Source: an uncultured Armatimonadetes bacterium
GTDB taxonomy: Bacteria; Armatimonadota; Hebobacteria; Hebobacterales; Hebobacteraceae
Direction of reading: 5' to 3'
Length of the DNA stretch: 64,000 nt
NCBI GenBank assembly: GCA_963716175.1
Contig: OY970296.1
Location: 3,776,001 to 3,840,000, forward strand
This document shows, piece by piece, positions 30,904 through 39,719 of this stretch. Both the position numbers and the translations under genes were made by a program. Under the pieces are notes generated by a model, which saw nothing but the letters and a program-made list of their open reading frames with translations, made no database searches and was not told where the DNA came from. The stretch's first letter is position 1, and the number at the start of each line of letters is the position of its first letter.

Positions 30904-31018
30904 CGTCATGCTGAGCGCAGCGAAGCATCACGCCGTCAGCAGGACCGCAACGGTGGGATTCTTTCCCTTCGCGGAGTTTACCCTGAGCGCAGCCGAAGGG
31001 CTCAGGGTCAGAAGGACA
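30904..31018. repeat. CGTC/GTCAT-type palindromic repeat with a nested CCCTGAGC..GAAGGG repeat
   Basis: GTCATGCTGAGCGCAGCGAAGCATC...GATTCT[..ACCCTGAGCGCAGCCGAAGGGCTCAGGGT]CAGAAGGAC. Confidence 0.65.
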
Positions 31019-31066
31019 ACAGTGGCCGTCCCAGTCCTTGCGATCACACCCCAGCAGTTCGCTGTG

Positions 31067-31096
31067 TTGACACAGGCTCCAGGGCCGCGCTATAGT
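31067..31096 (+). promoter_or_regulatory. Sigma70 promoter
   Basis: TTGACA-18 nt-TATAGT directly upstream of the riboswitch. Confidence 0.7.
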
Positions 31097-31102
31097 GATC
31101 CC

Positions 31103-31162
31103 GGCGATGGAGGCCGCCAGGGCGAAGCTCGCCCGAACCGCCCAGAAGGCTGATGGCTCCTG
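31103..31162 (+). ncRNA. Fluoride riboswitch (crcB motif)
   Basis: GGCGATGGAGGCCGCC..[GGGCGA/TCGCCC hairpin]..AACCGCC-CAGAA-GGCTGATGGCTCCT; GGAG/CTCC pseudoknot. Confidence 0.82.
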
Positions 31163-31190
31163 GTCGCACCGCCGGACCGGGAGCCTTTCT
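31155..31190 (+). terminator. Riboswitch expression-platform terminator
   Basis: GGCTCCTGGTC..GACCGGGAGCC-TTTCT; the 5' arm overlaps the pseudoknot strand. Confidence 0.7.
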
Positions 31191-31228
31191 GCGGGATGCC
31201 TGCTCCCCGGTCCCAAGGAGAAGGCATC

Positions 31229-31699
31229 ATGCTCAGCCGACATGAACTTCATCTGCGTTCGACCTACGAGACGAGCCTCCAGCATCTGGCAGAGATCCGG
31301 GAGATCCTCACCACCGGCAAGACCCCCGGCGGCGCCTGGGTGACGCCCCTCCCCGAACCCGCCCGCTCGCAGCTCATCTCAGTGCTGGACAATGCACTGG
31401 CCGAACTGGAGGAGCTGGCGGCGCATTTCCTGCCTGAGAGCGAGCGCGGGCGTACCGGCGGCATCGCCGCCACGCGCATGTGGACCAGCGCGCTGCTGCG
31501 CACAGTGGAAGAGTTGCTGGAGGACGCACTCCCAGTGAACATGCGCCGCCGCTATGGCCCGCTAGGGGATGTGGAAGCCGGACTGCTTGAGGAGAAACTC
31601 GGTCAGGTGTTAGCTGAGCTCAGCCGAGGCAGGCAACTGGTCGAAGAGGCAAATGACGCCCATCATCACTCCCTTGACAGCGCCAACTCAGGTCAATAG
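31229..31699 (+). CDS. Hypothetical alpha-helical protein downstream of the fluoride riboswitch
   Basis: AAGGAG RBS and ATG at 31229; 156 aa, no recognised motif. Confidence 0.75.
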   Translation: MLSRHELHLRSTYETSLQHLAEIREILTTGKTPGGAWVTPLPEPARSQLISVLDNALAELEELAAHFLPESERGRTGGIAATRMWTSALLRTVEELLEDALPVNMRRRYGPLGDVEAGLLEEKLGQVLAELSRGRQLVEEANDAHHHSLDSANSGQ

Positions 31700-31702
31700 A
31701 AT
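31674..31702 (+). promoter_or_regulatory. Sigma70 promoter for the oxidoreductase
   Basis: TTGACA-17 nt-TAGAAT. Confidence 0.7.
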
Positions 31703-31757
31703 CCCCCTGCTCAGGCGCGCCCCGCGCCGGCCACCATCACCAAAGGAGAGAGAAGCC

Positions 31758-32786
31758 ATGGTCCGAGTCGGACTTGCCGGTCTGGGTTTCATGGGCGGCA
31801 CTCATGCTCAGTGCCACGCGGCTCTGCCGAACGCACAACTGGTCGCAGTGTGCGATCCGGAGCCGGACCGCCGGAAGCAGTTCGCCGACACCTATGGCGC
31901 CAAGGCCTTCGCCAGCGTGAAGGAGATGGCGTCAGCGGACATTGATATGGTTGACGTCTGCATGCCCACCTACCTCCACCGGGAGGCGGTGGAGACGGCT
32001 GCGGCGGCGAAGAAGCACATCCTGTGCGAGAAGCCGATGGCCCTCACCGCCGCCGATTGCGACGCCATGATCGCGGCGGCGAAGAAGGCGGGAGTCAACT
32101 TCATGGTCGCGCATGTCATCCGCTTCTGGCCCGAGTACGCCGTGATCAAGCAGATCCTCGATTCCGGCCGCTACGGCAAGATCAGATGGGCCAGCGCCAA
32201 CCGGGTTTCCCCGCCTCCCAGTTGGTCGTGGAAGGAATGGCTGTTCGACGGCAAGCTCAGCGGGGGTGCCGTGCTGGACTTGCACATCCACGACCTGGAC
32301 TTCCTGGCCTGGATCATGGGGATGCCCAAGACCGTCTTCGCCGCGGGTGTCGCCAGCAAGCGCGGCGGCCTGGACAACGTCTGGACCACCACCACCGGCT
32401 ATCCCAACGGCGCGGTCGGCTCAGCCGAGGGATCGCTCGACATGGCGGCGGGCTTCCCCTTCACCATGGCCGCGAAGATCGCGCTGGAGGGGGCCTGCAT
32501 CGAGTTCAACTCCCGCCTGACCCCGAGCCTGCTGGTGGCGCTGCCGGATGGCAAGGTCGAGCACCCACCCGTGCCGCAGCCGGAGGTCCCAGTCACCGCC
32601 GGGGCCGGTTCGGCGGGCAATATCTCGGCCCTCGGTGGCTACTTCGTCGAGGTGAAGTACTTCGTGGACTGCCTGGACAAGAAGCAGACGCCCACGGTGG
32701 TCACGCCGGAGGAAGCCAAGACCGCGGTGCAGCTCTGCCTCGCTGCCGCTCAGTCAGCCAGGTCGGGCCAGCCGGTGAAGCTGTAG
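31758..32786 (+). CDS. Gfo/Idh/MocA family oxidoreductase
   Basis: GLGFMG, CEKPMA and GGAVLDLHIHDLD. Confidence 0.92.
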   Translation: MVRVGLAGLGFMGGTHAQCHAALPNAQLVAVCDPEPDRRKQFADTYGAKAFASVKEMASADIDMVDVCMPTYLHREAVETAAAAKKHILCEKPMALTAADCDAMIAAAKKAGVNFMVAHVIRFWPEYAVIKQILDSGRYGKIRWASANRVSPPPSWSWKEWLFDGKLSGGAVLDLHIHDLDFLAWIMGMPKTVFAAGVASKRGGLDNVWTTTTGYPNGAVGSAEGSLDMAAGFPFTMAAKIALEGACIEFNSRLTPSLLVALPDGKVEHPPVPQPEVPVTAGAGSAGNISALGGYFVEVKYFVDCLDKKQTPTVVTPEEAKTAVQLCLAAAQSARSGQPVKL

Positions 32787-32800
32787 GGCGGTCCACTCAT

Positions 32801-32828
32801 ACCGCGGAGACGCGGAGAACGCGGAGAG
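32801..32828. repeat. Solo CGCGGAGA tandem-unit repeat
   Basis: ACCGCGGAGACGCGGAGAACGCGGAGAG, 8-9 bp periodicity. Confidence 0.6.
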
Positions 32829-32834
32829 TTTGCT

Positions 32835-32985
32835 GTAGGGCGCGGTCTCCCGATGGCTAGGCCCTTCGGGCCGCTGGCTAGGCCGGCAGAGCCGGCCGCC
32901 ATCCCGGCCCTATCGGGCCCAGGGACATCCCGGCCTCCACAGGCCTAGGGACCGCGCCTGGCGGCATCAGGGGATGCCGCCCTAC
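32835..32985. repeat. Long GTAG..CTAC composite REP; related copy at 36186-36285 in the opposite orientation
   Basis: Shares GTAGGGCG.GGTCTCC.GATGGCTAGGCCCT and ATCCCGGCCTC.ACAGGCCTAGGGACC with the reverse complement of 36186-36285. Confidence 0.8.
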
Positions 32986-33046
32986 AGTGGGGCCGCCGGT
33001 GTTTCGGGACTTCAGTCCCGAAACCATCTTGCCCGGCCGCCGCCTG

Positions 33047-33511
33047 CTATCGGCCTCTCTTCTCGCGCAGCCCATCCAGATCGGTGATCAACGCGTCCAG
33101 CGCAGAGAGCGCATCTGTGGACTGCTCGCCCACCAGTCGCTGGACCTCGCCGGTGCGATCACGCACCCGGTTCACCGCCTCGCGGTCGGCGTCCGGCGCC
33201 ACCTGCTCCAGCTCCAGCAGAGTCACCATCTCGTTGACCCGCGAGAGCCGGCGCTGGGCGTCTCCCCAGTTACTGGCGAGGATTGAGACTCGGGCCGCTT
33301 GCGCCTGGGTCACCGCCTCCCCCGCAGCGAAGTTGACTGCCACCAGGAGCCGGCCCTCTGCCTGCCTGCGAACCCTCTCGGCGTCGGCCAGCCTCCTCGC
33401 CCCAATCGCCATCATGGCCCAGCCCAGGGCCACCGCGATCACCAGACCAATGACTGCAATCAGGTAGCCAAACAGCGGAGAGCTCTGGCGCGATTCCCTC
33501 TGCTCGCCCAT
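33047..33511 (-). CDS. Hypothetical membrane-anchored helical protein
   Basis: N-terminal TM segment; GGAGG RBS. Confidence 0.7.
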   Translation of the reverse strand: MGEQRESRQSSPLFGYLIAVIGLVIAVALGWAMMAIGARRLADAERVRRQAEGRLLVAVNFAAGEAVTQAQAARVSILASNWGDAQRRLSRVNEMVTLLELEQVAPDADREAVNRVRDRTGEVQRLVGEQSTDALSALDALITDLDGLREKRGR

Positions 33512-33541
33512 GGTTGCCTCCCAGGCCCGGGGACGGAAACC

Positions 33542-34624
33542 CTAGATCCCCTCGCCTGAGGCAGGCTGTTCGGCAGCAGGCGCCTCCTCCCTGCTCTCTT
33601 CGTGGCGATGCGCGGCGTTGGTCGCCGTCACGCGTTCGACCAGGGCCTCCACCAGCGCGGGCTGCCACTGGCTGCCCGCGCCCTTGCGCAGCACCTCCAG
33701 TGCCGACGGCACGCTCAGCCGGGTGCGGTAGGGCCGGTCGCTGGTGAGCGCGTCGAAGGCATCGGCTACGGCCAGCACCCGTGCCCCGAAGGGAATGGCG
33801 GCGCCTGCGAGTCCGTCCGGGTATCCACCACCCGAGTACCACTCGTGGTGATGTCGCACCATGCGCACGACCTCGGCGTCAATCAAGGTGGGAGCGAGGA
33901 TGCGCTCGGCCAGCGTCGGATGCGATTGCACCTGGTGGTACTCGGCCTCGGTCAGGGGCCCCGGCTTCACCAGCACCGCCTCCCGCACCCCGATCTTGCC
34001 GATATCGTGCAGTTGCCCGGCCAGCCGGATGCGCTGCAGTTCGTCTCGCCCCGCCCCGAAGGCCTGCGCGATCTGGGCCGCGGTGCGACTCACCCGTTCC
34101 GAGTGCCCCTTCGTGTACTTGTCCTTCGCCTCCAGCGCGGACGACAGTGACCTGATGGCGCCCAGGAACAGGCGCCGGGCGGCGCGGGTCTGCCGCCTGA
34201 CACCGGCCTCGAGCGCGTTCTGGTGCTCCCGGCTCTCCAGCATCAGGCGGCGGCGCTCCAGCGCGCGATCTACGCGGACCAGCAAGTCGTCCAGATCGAA
34301 CGGCTTGGTGAGGTAGTCATAGGCCCCGGCCTGCATGCAAGCGACAGCAGTGCGGGTGTCCGCTGTCGCCGTGCTGATCACCACCGCGGTCGTGGGCCAG
34401 CGCTCGAAGATCACGGTGGCCAGGTCCCGGCCGTTCATCCCCGGGAGCTTCAGCTCGATCATCGCCAGCGCGAACTCCCTCTCGGAGAGCGCCGCCAGCG
34501 CGGCGGGCGCATCCGGGACTGTCTCAACCTCCCAGCCCGCGTCTTTGAGCACCCGCGCCAGCAGCGCTCGCACCAGGGGTTCGTCGTCCACCACCAGAAT
34601 CCGAGGCGACACTCCCTTGCTCAT
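33542..34624 (-). CDS. Response regulator with an HD-GYP cyclic-dinucleotide phosphodiesterase domain
   Basis: ILVVDDE..KPF receiver domain; HSERV, HDIGK, HHHE..GGGYPDGL and DALTSDRPY. Confidence 0.92.
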   Translation of the reverse strand: MSKGVSPRILVVDDEPLVRALLARVLKDAGWEVETVPDAPAALAALSEREFALAMIELKLPGMNGRDLATVIFERWPTTAVVISTATADTRTAVACMQAGAYDYLTKPFDLDDLLVRVDRALERRRLMLESREHQNALEAGVRRQTRAARRLFLGAIRSLSSALEAKDKYTKGHSERVSRTAAQIAQAFGAGRDELQRIRLAGQLHDIGKIGVREAVLVKPGPLTEAEYHQVQSHPTLAERILAPTLIDAEVVRMVRHHHEWYSGGGYPDGLAGAAIPFGARVLAVADAFDALTSDRPYRTRLSVPSALEVLRKGAGSQWQPALVEALVERVTATNAAHRHEESREEAPAAEQPASGEGI

Positions 34625-34784
34625 GACCCTTCCCCAGCGAGGACCGCGGTATGAGCAGGCCGCGGGGCTGGCGCCCGGAAGCTCAACGGGCGCCCATCGG
34701 TGCTGCCCCCTGTGCAAGGCTGCCGCGACCCCACCCCAATCCGACTGACCTGACACCGCCCCCTGACCAGGTCGTCCGGCCAAA

Positions 34785-34824
34785 CGAAAACCCCTCTCAT
34801 CATGGCTCCGCTCATGAGAGGGGG
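34785..34824 (-). terminator. Intrinsic terminator-like hairpin in the HD-GYP gene leader
   Basis: Minus strand CCCCTCTCAT..ATGAGAGGGG-TTTTCGTTT. Confidence 0.55.
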
Positions 34825-34961
34825 ATCTGCGCTCCGGGCCCAACTGCATCAAACTAGCACGCACCTTCGGTTTTGTCCACCCCCTGTGCGTCCAACCAAC
34901 GTACAAACAGGCCGCCATCCGTTGGAGCCTGGGCGCGACCAGAACCGGCGCTATCCTGCGA

Positions 34962-34990
34962 TTGACACAGCCGTGGCCCCGTGATAGAGT
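34962..34990 (+). promoter_or_regulatory. Sigma70 promoter for the DUF362 gene
   Basis: TTGACA-17 nt-TAGAGT with an extended TG. Confidence 0.65.
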
Positions 34991-35094
34991 CCCCATTGGC
35001 CAGCCGGGCGGGTAGGTAGCGCCCGGCGCTTTATGGCCATCGCCAGAAGCGAGCCCCTTGCCGGTTCCGGCAACACAGCACAGGGAGTGATCAC

Positions 35095-36189
35095 ATGTCC
35101 AGCACAGTCTACTTCGCCTCCGCCCGGGTGAAGCGCCTCGCGGCCGAGGACACCCTTCCAGCCAAGTTCCAGCGCATGCTGGATCGCCTCGATCTCAAGT
35201 CCAGGTTCGGCAACCGGCGCGTGGCGATCAAAATGCACGTCGGGGGCCACCTCGGCTACACCACGATCCATCCTCTCTTCATCCGCCTGCTCATCTCGAA
35301 GCTCAAGGAGGCTGGCGGCGAACCCTTTCTCACCGATGGCTCCTTCGCCGTGGCCGAGGCGGTCGGGCGCGGCTACACCCAGGAGGTGCTGGGCGCGCCC
35401 ATCCAGCCAGTGGGCGGGACGCACGACAAGTACTTCTACCCCCGCTCAGTGAACTACCGGACGCTGGAGAAGGTCCACGTCGCCGGCAACATCGCCGATG
35501 CGGAAGCCATGATCGTGCTCAGCCACGCCAAAGGCCATGGCCAGTCCGGCTTCGGCGCCGCCATCAAGAACATCGCCATGGGTTGTGTCACGGAGCAGAC
35601 GCGGGGCTGGATTCATAGCCTCATGGACACCCAGTTTCAATGGAACGCGGAGGCCTGCACCCACTGCTACGTCTGCCGGGAGAACTGCCCGGGCGGCGCC
35701 ATCTCCTTCAACAAGAAGGACGAGCTCCGCATCTTCTCTCATCACTGCCGCTATTGCATGCACTGCGTGGACTCATGCCCGGCCGACGCCATCACCATCA
35801 ATCTAGAGGGCATGCGCTACTTCCAGGAGGGCATGGCCCGCGTGGTCAAGACGGTGCTCGAGGGATTCGAGCAGAGCCGCGTGCTCTATATCAACGCGCT
35901 CCTCAACATCACCCCACTGTGTGATTGCTGGGGATTCACTACCCCCTCCCTGGTGCCCGACATCGGCATCATGGCCAGCGAGGACATCGTCGCCATCGAG
36001 CAGGCCACCCTGGATTCGATCAAAGCTGAGAACTACATCCCGGGCAGCCTTCCCGAGCAGGTGAAGATGAGCGAGGGAGACGGTCACCTGTTCCAGCGCA
36101 TCTGGGCCAAGGACCCCTACCTCCAGGTCGAGACCGCGGCCGAGCTGGGCCTGGGGAGCCGCGATTACGAGATCGTCGAGGTCGAGTAG
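35095..36189 (+). CDS. DUF362 domain protein with a 2x[4Fe-4S] ferredoxin insert
   Basis: AIKMHVG, SHAKGH, GAAIKNIAMG, CTHCYVCRENCP, CRYCMHCVDSCP and CDC. Confidence 0.9.
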   Translation: MSSTVYFASARVKRLAAEDTLPAKFQRMLDRLDLKSRFGNRRVAIKMHVGGHLGYTTIHPLFIRLLISKLKEAGGEPFLTDGSFAVAEAVGRGYTQEVLGAPIQPVGGTHDKYFYPRSVNYRTLEKVHVAGNIADAEAMIVLSHAKGHGQSGFGAAIKNIAMGCVTEQTRGWIHSLMDTQFQWNAEACTHCYVCRENCPGGAISFNKKDELRIFSHHCRYCMHCVDSCPADAITINLEGMRYFQEGMARVVKTVLEGFEQSRVLYINALLNITPLCDCWGFTTPSLVPDIGIMASEDIVAIEQATLDSIKAENYIPGSLPEQVKMSEGDGHLFQRIWAKDPYLQVETAAELGLGSRDYEIVEVE

Positions 36190-36285
36190 GGCCGCCTCCC
36201 CCAATGCTGCCTGGCGGGGTCCCTAGGCCTGTAGAGGCCGGGATGGCGGCCCAGAGGGCCTAGCCATCAGGAGACCCCGCCCTAC
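36186..36285. repeat. Composite GTAG REP spanning both stop codons of a convergent gene pair
   Basis: Begins at the GTAG of the DUF362 stop and ends at the CTAC of the aminoacylase stop. Confidence 0.8.
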
Positions 36286-37885
36286 AGGCCCGTCCGCGTC
36301 AGCACCCTCCCAGGCCGGCGGCCGTGGTGCTTCTCGCCCTCCAGCTCGATGACACCATTGACGATCACATAGTGAATGCCAGCCGGGTACTGATGTGGGG
36401 CCTGGTAGGTGGCCCGATCTGCGATTGCAGCCGGGTCGAACACCACCAGGTCCGCGGCCAGGCCCGCCCCGATCTTGCCCCGGTCGCTCAGCCCCAGCTT
36501 CTCTGCCGGCCGGCTGGTCATTTTCGCGACCGCCGCCTCGAGTGGCAGCGCCTTCAGCTCCCGGACGTAGCGCGCCAGCACCCGCGGGAACGTGCCATAG
36601 CTGCGAGGATGGGGATGGCCCTGCCCCAACGTGCCATAGGTCGCCAGCGCGGCCGCATCTGACCCGATGATGGCGACGGGATGCGCGATGATCCGCGTCA
36701 CGTCCTCTTCGCTCATCCCGAAGCCCACCATGCTCACCTGCCCTCGTTCGGCCGCCAGCAGGTCGAGCACCACCTCCTCCGCGGGAACCTGACGCCGTGC
36801 GGCGATCTCGGCGAGAGTCATGCCCTGAAGCGGCCGGTTGGCCTCGCTCTCGACTGATGCCACCATGCGCCGTTCCCAACGCCCCGGATCGGTAGCTGCG
36901 GCCGCGGCCAGCTCGCCGCGCAACCGCACCCGCACCTCCGGGTACCCAAGCCGCTTCACCATCGCCTCCACCCCGCCCTCCCGCGCCCAGGCCGGGAGCA
37001 GCTGCGACAGGCCCGTGTTCCAGGCGGTGTAAGGGTAGACGTCGAAGCTCACGTCAACCCCCTCCTGGCGCGCGCCCTCGATCGCCGCCAGCGCGGTCTC
37101 CGCTTTCCCCCAGTTGGCGCGGCCCTCCGACTTCAGATGCGCGATCTGCACCGGCGCGCCGGCCTGCCGCCCAATCTCGACTGCCTCCCCAATCGCCGCC
37201 AGCAGCCGCTCGTCCTCCCCCCGGATGTGGCTGAAGTAGACCCCGCGCCAGGGGGCCATAGCTCGCGCCACGGCCGCGATCTCATCCCGTGTGGCGAACA
37301 TCCCCGGCACGTAGGCCAGCCCCGTGGAGAGCCCGAACGCCCCTGCTTCCATCGCCTCCCGGACCGCCTGCTGCATCTGCTCCAGCTCGGCCCCGATCGG
37401 CGCCCGGTTCTCCTCCCCCATCACGGCCGCGCGGATTACTCCGTGCCCTACCACCGCTGCTACGTTTACCGAAGCAGGACGCGCCCGCAGCACAGCCAGA
37501 TACTCTCCGAAGCTCCCCCAGGTCCAGTCCACCTCTTGCGCCCAGGCCCCGAACATGGCGCGAAGCTCCCCCCGGCGCGCCCCGGGGCCGGCGCAGGCGA
37601 GAAGCCACATTGGCCAATCACCTCGGTGGTCACACCCTGCCGCAGCTTGCTCTCCGCGTTGGGGTTGATCAAGAGGGAGAGGTCGGAATGCGAGTGCATG
37701 TCAATGAACCCGGGCGCGACCACCAGGCCACTCACGTCCAGCGCCCTCTTCGCCTGCCACCCGGGTAGGTCTCCCACCGCCGCCACGCGGTCCCCTCGAA
37801 TCGCCACCTCCCCGCGCCGGGCGCCGGACCCGGTCCCGTCTACTACCATCCCATCGCGCAGCAGCAGATCGCAATGCTCTGTCAT
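36282..37885 (-). CDS. N-acyl-D-amino-acid deacylase (D-aminoacylase); frameshift near 37575
   Basis: APGFIDMHSHSD and QGVTTEVIGQCG, then GLSTGL.Y.PG, SHIR, IAHLK, DVYPY, GSD and HPRSYGTFPR. Confidence 0.9.
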
Positions 37886-37917
37886 CTTCCCTTGTCACTC
37901 CTCCTGCCAGACCTACT

Positions 37918-38018
37918 GGGCTTCGCCCAAAGAAGTAACGCGGCGAAGCTCAGGCAACTGCTCAGACGGGCCCAGAGCAGCGTGCGCACATTACTTCCTT
38001 GTGCGAACGCCATTAGTC
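37918..38018. repeat. 101-bp two-hairpin structured element, copy A
   Basis: Ungapped match to 50657-50757 (about 19 mismatches by manual count); loops GAAGTAA and TTACTTC. Confidence 0.8.
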
Positions 38019-38177
38019 TACCGTGCCCGGTAGCGATTCACCTCTGACAGCCGAATCGGCTCGCCCAACCTTACGCTGTGCACCGGTCGCGACACGCGGG
38101 CTCGGCGTGCAGTTGACACGCGCCCGCGGTCCCTGCTACGTTCAGACGGCACTACTTATTAGCAGGGAGAAGACATC

Positions 38178-38438
38178 ATGCGAGTGCGGTTCAGCCTCGA
38201 GGCGGCAGGGGCCAGGCAAGTGCTCCTGGCCGGAGATTTCACGGATTGGGACGCCAAGGCGCGTGCCATGCGCCGCGCCTCGCCCCGCGCCCGCACCTTC
38301 ACCACCAGTGTCAGCCTCTCGCCTGGCGCCTACGAATACAAGTTCATCGTGGACGGCCAGTGGGTGGCAGACCCGAAGGCCGAATCCGTCCCCAATTCCT
38401 TCGGCACCGAGAACTCCCGGCTCGTCGTCGGCCGCTGA
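38178..38438 (+). CDS. Stand-alone glycogen-binding (CBM48/AMPK-beta-like) protein
   Basis: VLLAGDFTDW, LSPGAYEYKFIVDGQW..DP and FGTENS; upstream TTGACA-18-TACGTT. Confidence 0.85.
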   Translation: MRVRFSLEAAGARQVLLAGDFTDWDAKARAMRRASPRARTFTTSVSLSPGAYEYKFIVDGQWVADPKAESVPNSFGTENSRLVVGR

Positions 38439-38610
38439 ACTCGCCGCTGCCATCGCCTGTGGCGCGGGAAGCCCGGTGCTCCCGGCGATCCTCTGGCCCT
38501 CTGCCGCTCCGCCGAGCAGTTTCGCCACCCAATACGGGCCGCCTCTGTTCCAGGTTTGTGCTATAATCCGCCCTGCGCGTGCACGTCAGAGCGCAGCCCA
38601 GGAGGCCCGC

Positions 38611-39687
38611 TTGGAGCGAAAGCTGAGGATCGCCATCGCCGGCACCGGTTTCGGGGAGAAGTACGTCACCGGGTTGAAGGCTCTTCCCCAGGTCGAGGTG
38701 GTTGGCATCTACAGCCGCCGGCCGGAACGCGCGGCGGCGATGGCCGAACGCTTCCAGATCCCCTACTCGACCCGCCATCTCCACGTGCTGCTGGCCCTCC
38801 CCGGTCTGCAGGCGGCGGCCGTGGTGACACCGAACAGCACCCACGCCGAGTTCGTGCGCGCCGCGGTGCAGGCGCGCAAGCACGTGATCTGCGACAAGCC
38901 CCTCGCCCTTAGCGCCCAGGAAGGGGCCGAGCTCTGCCAACTGGCGGAAGCAGTTGGGGTCAAGCACGTCACCTTCGTGCCGTACCGCTTCTCCCCCGCC
39001 GCGGCGGCGATGAAAGCCGCCATAGAAGACGGACAGATCGGCCGGGTGATCAAGGTGAAGGCGAACTGGGGTGTGGACCTGCGGGGCGAGCCGCTGCGCT
39101 GGCGCTTCCAAAGTAAGCTCTCCGGGCCCGGGGTGGTGGCCGACCTGGGTGCGCACGTGCTCGATCTGGTTACCTGGTGGGTGGGGCCCATTCGCCGCGT
39201 GCTGGGCCGCTGCCGCACCCTGGTCCCCCTCCGGCCCACCGAGGTCGGTGGGCGCATGAAAGAGGTGGATGTGCCGGACGAGTGCTGGGCCCTGCTGGAG
39301 TTCGCCAGCGCCGGCGTGGGAAGTGTCGCCTTGAGCTGGAACGAGCAGCGGGATCAGCGCATCGAGATCGAGGGCGAGCGCGGCACCCTGATCTACGAAT
39401 CGCCTTCCCTGCTCCAGTGGCTGGAGGGGAAGGGCCCCTTCCGCCCCTCGGTCACCCTGGTCAGGACCGGAGAAGCGGGCCGCAGGGCCCAGCTTCCGCT
39501 CCCCGGCCTCCCGGAGTTCTCCGCCCCGGAGCCAGCGCTGGCCCGCATGTTTGGCGACATCGTCTCCTACCTGCTGGGCGATGAGAAGACCGAACCCGTT
39601 GCTACCTTCCAGGAGGGGGCCGAGGTGTTGAAGGTGGTTGACGCCATCGTGGCCTCAGACCAGGCCGGGCGCTGGCTGGAGGTATAG
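38611..39687 (+). CDS. Gfo/Idh/MocA family oxidoreductase
   Basis: IAIAGTGFG, CDKPLA and DLGAHVLD; TTG start after GGAGG. Confidence 0.88.
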   Translation: MERKLRIAIAGTGFGEKYVTGLKALPQVEVVGIYSRRPERAAAMAERFQIPYSTRHLHVLLALPGLQAAAVVTPNSTHAEFVRAAVQARKHVICDKPLALSAQEGAELCQLAEAVGVKHVTFVPYRFSPAAAAMKAAIEDGQIGRVIKVKANWGVDLRGEPLRWRFQSKLSGPGVVADLGAHVLDLVTWWVGPIRRVLGRCRTLVPLRPTEVGGRMKEVDVPDECWALLEFASAGVGSVALSWNEQRDQRIEIEGERGTLIYESPSLLQWLEGKGPFRPSVTLVRTGEAGRRAQLPLPGLPEFSAPEPALARMFGDIVSYLLGDEKTEPVATFQEGAEVLKVVDAIVASDQAGRWLEV

Positions 39688-39719
39688 AGCCAGGCAGGAG
39701 CCTGCCCGCCAGCTTACCG

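Noticed and set aside
34860-34900. c-di-GMP-I riboswitch upstream of the HD-GYP gene
   Set aside because: Only superficial similarity (CGCACAGGG); the GCAAAC, GNRA/receptor and GACGCAAAG elements are missing.
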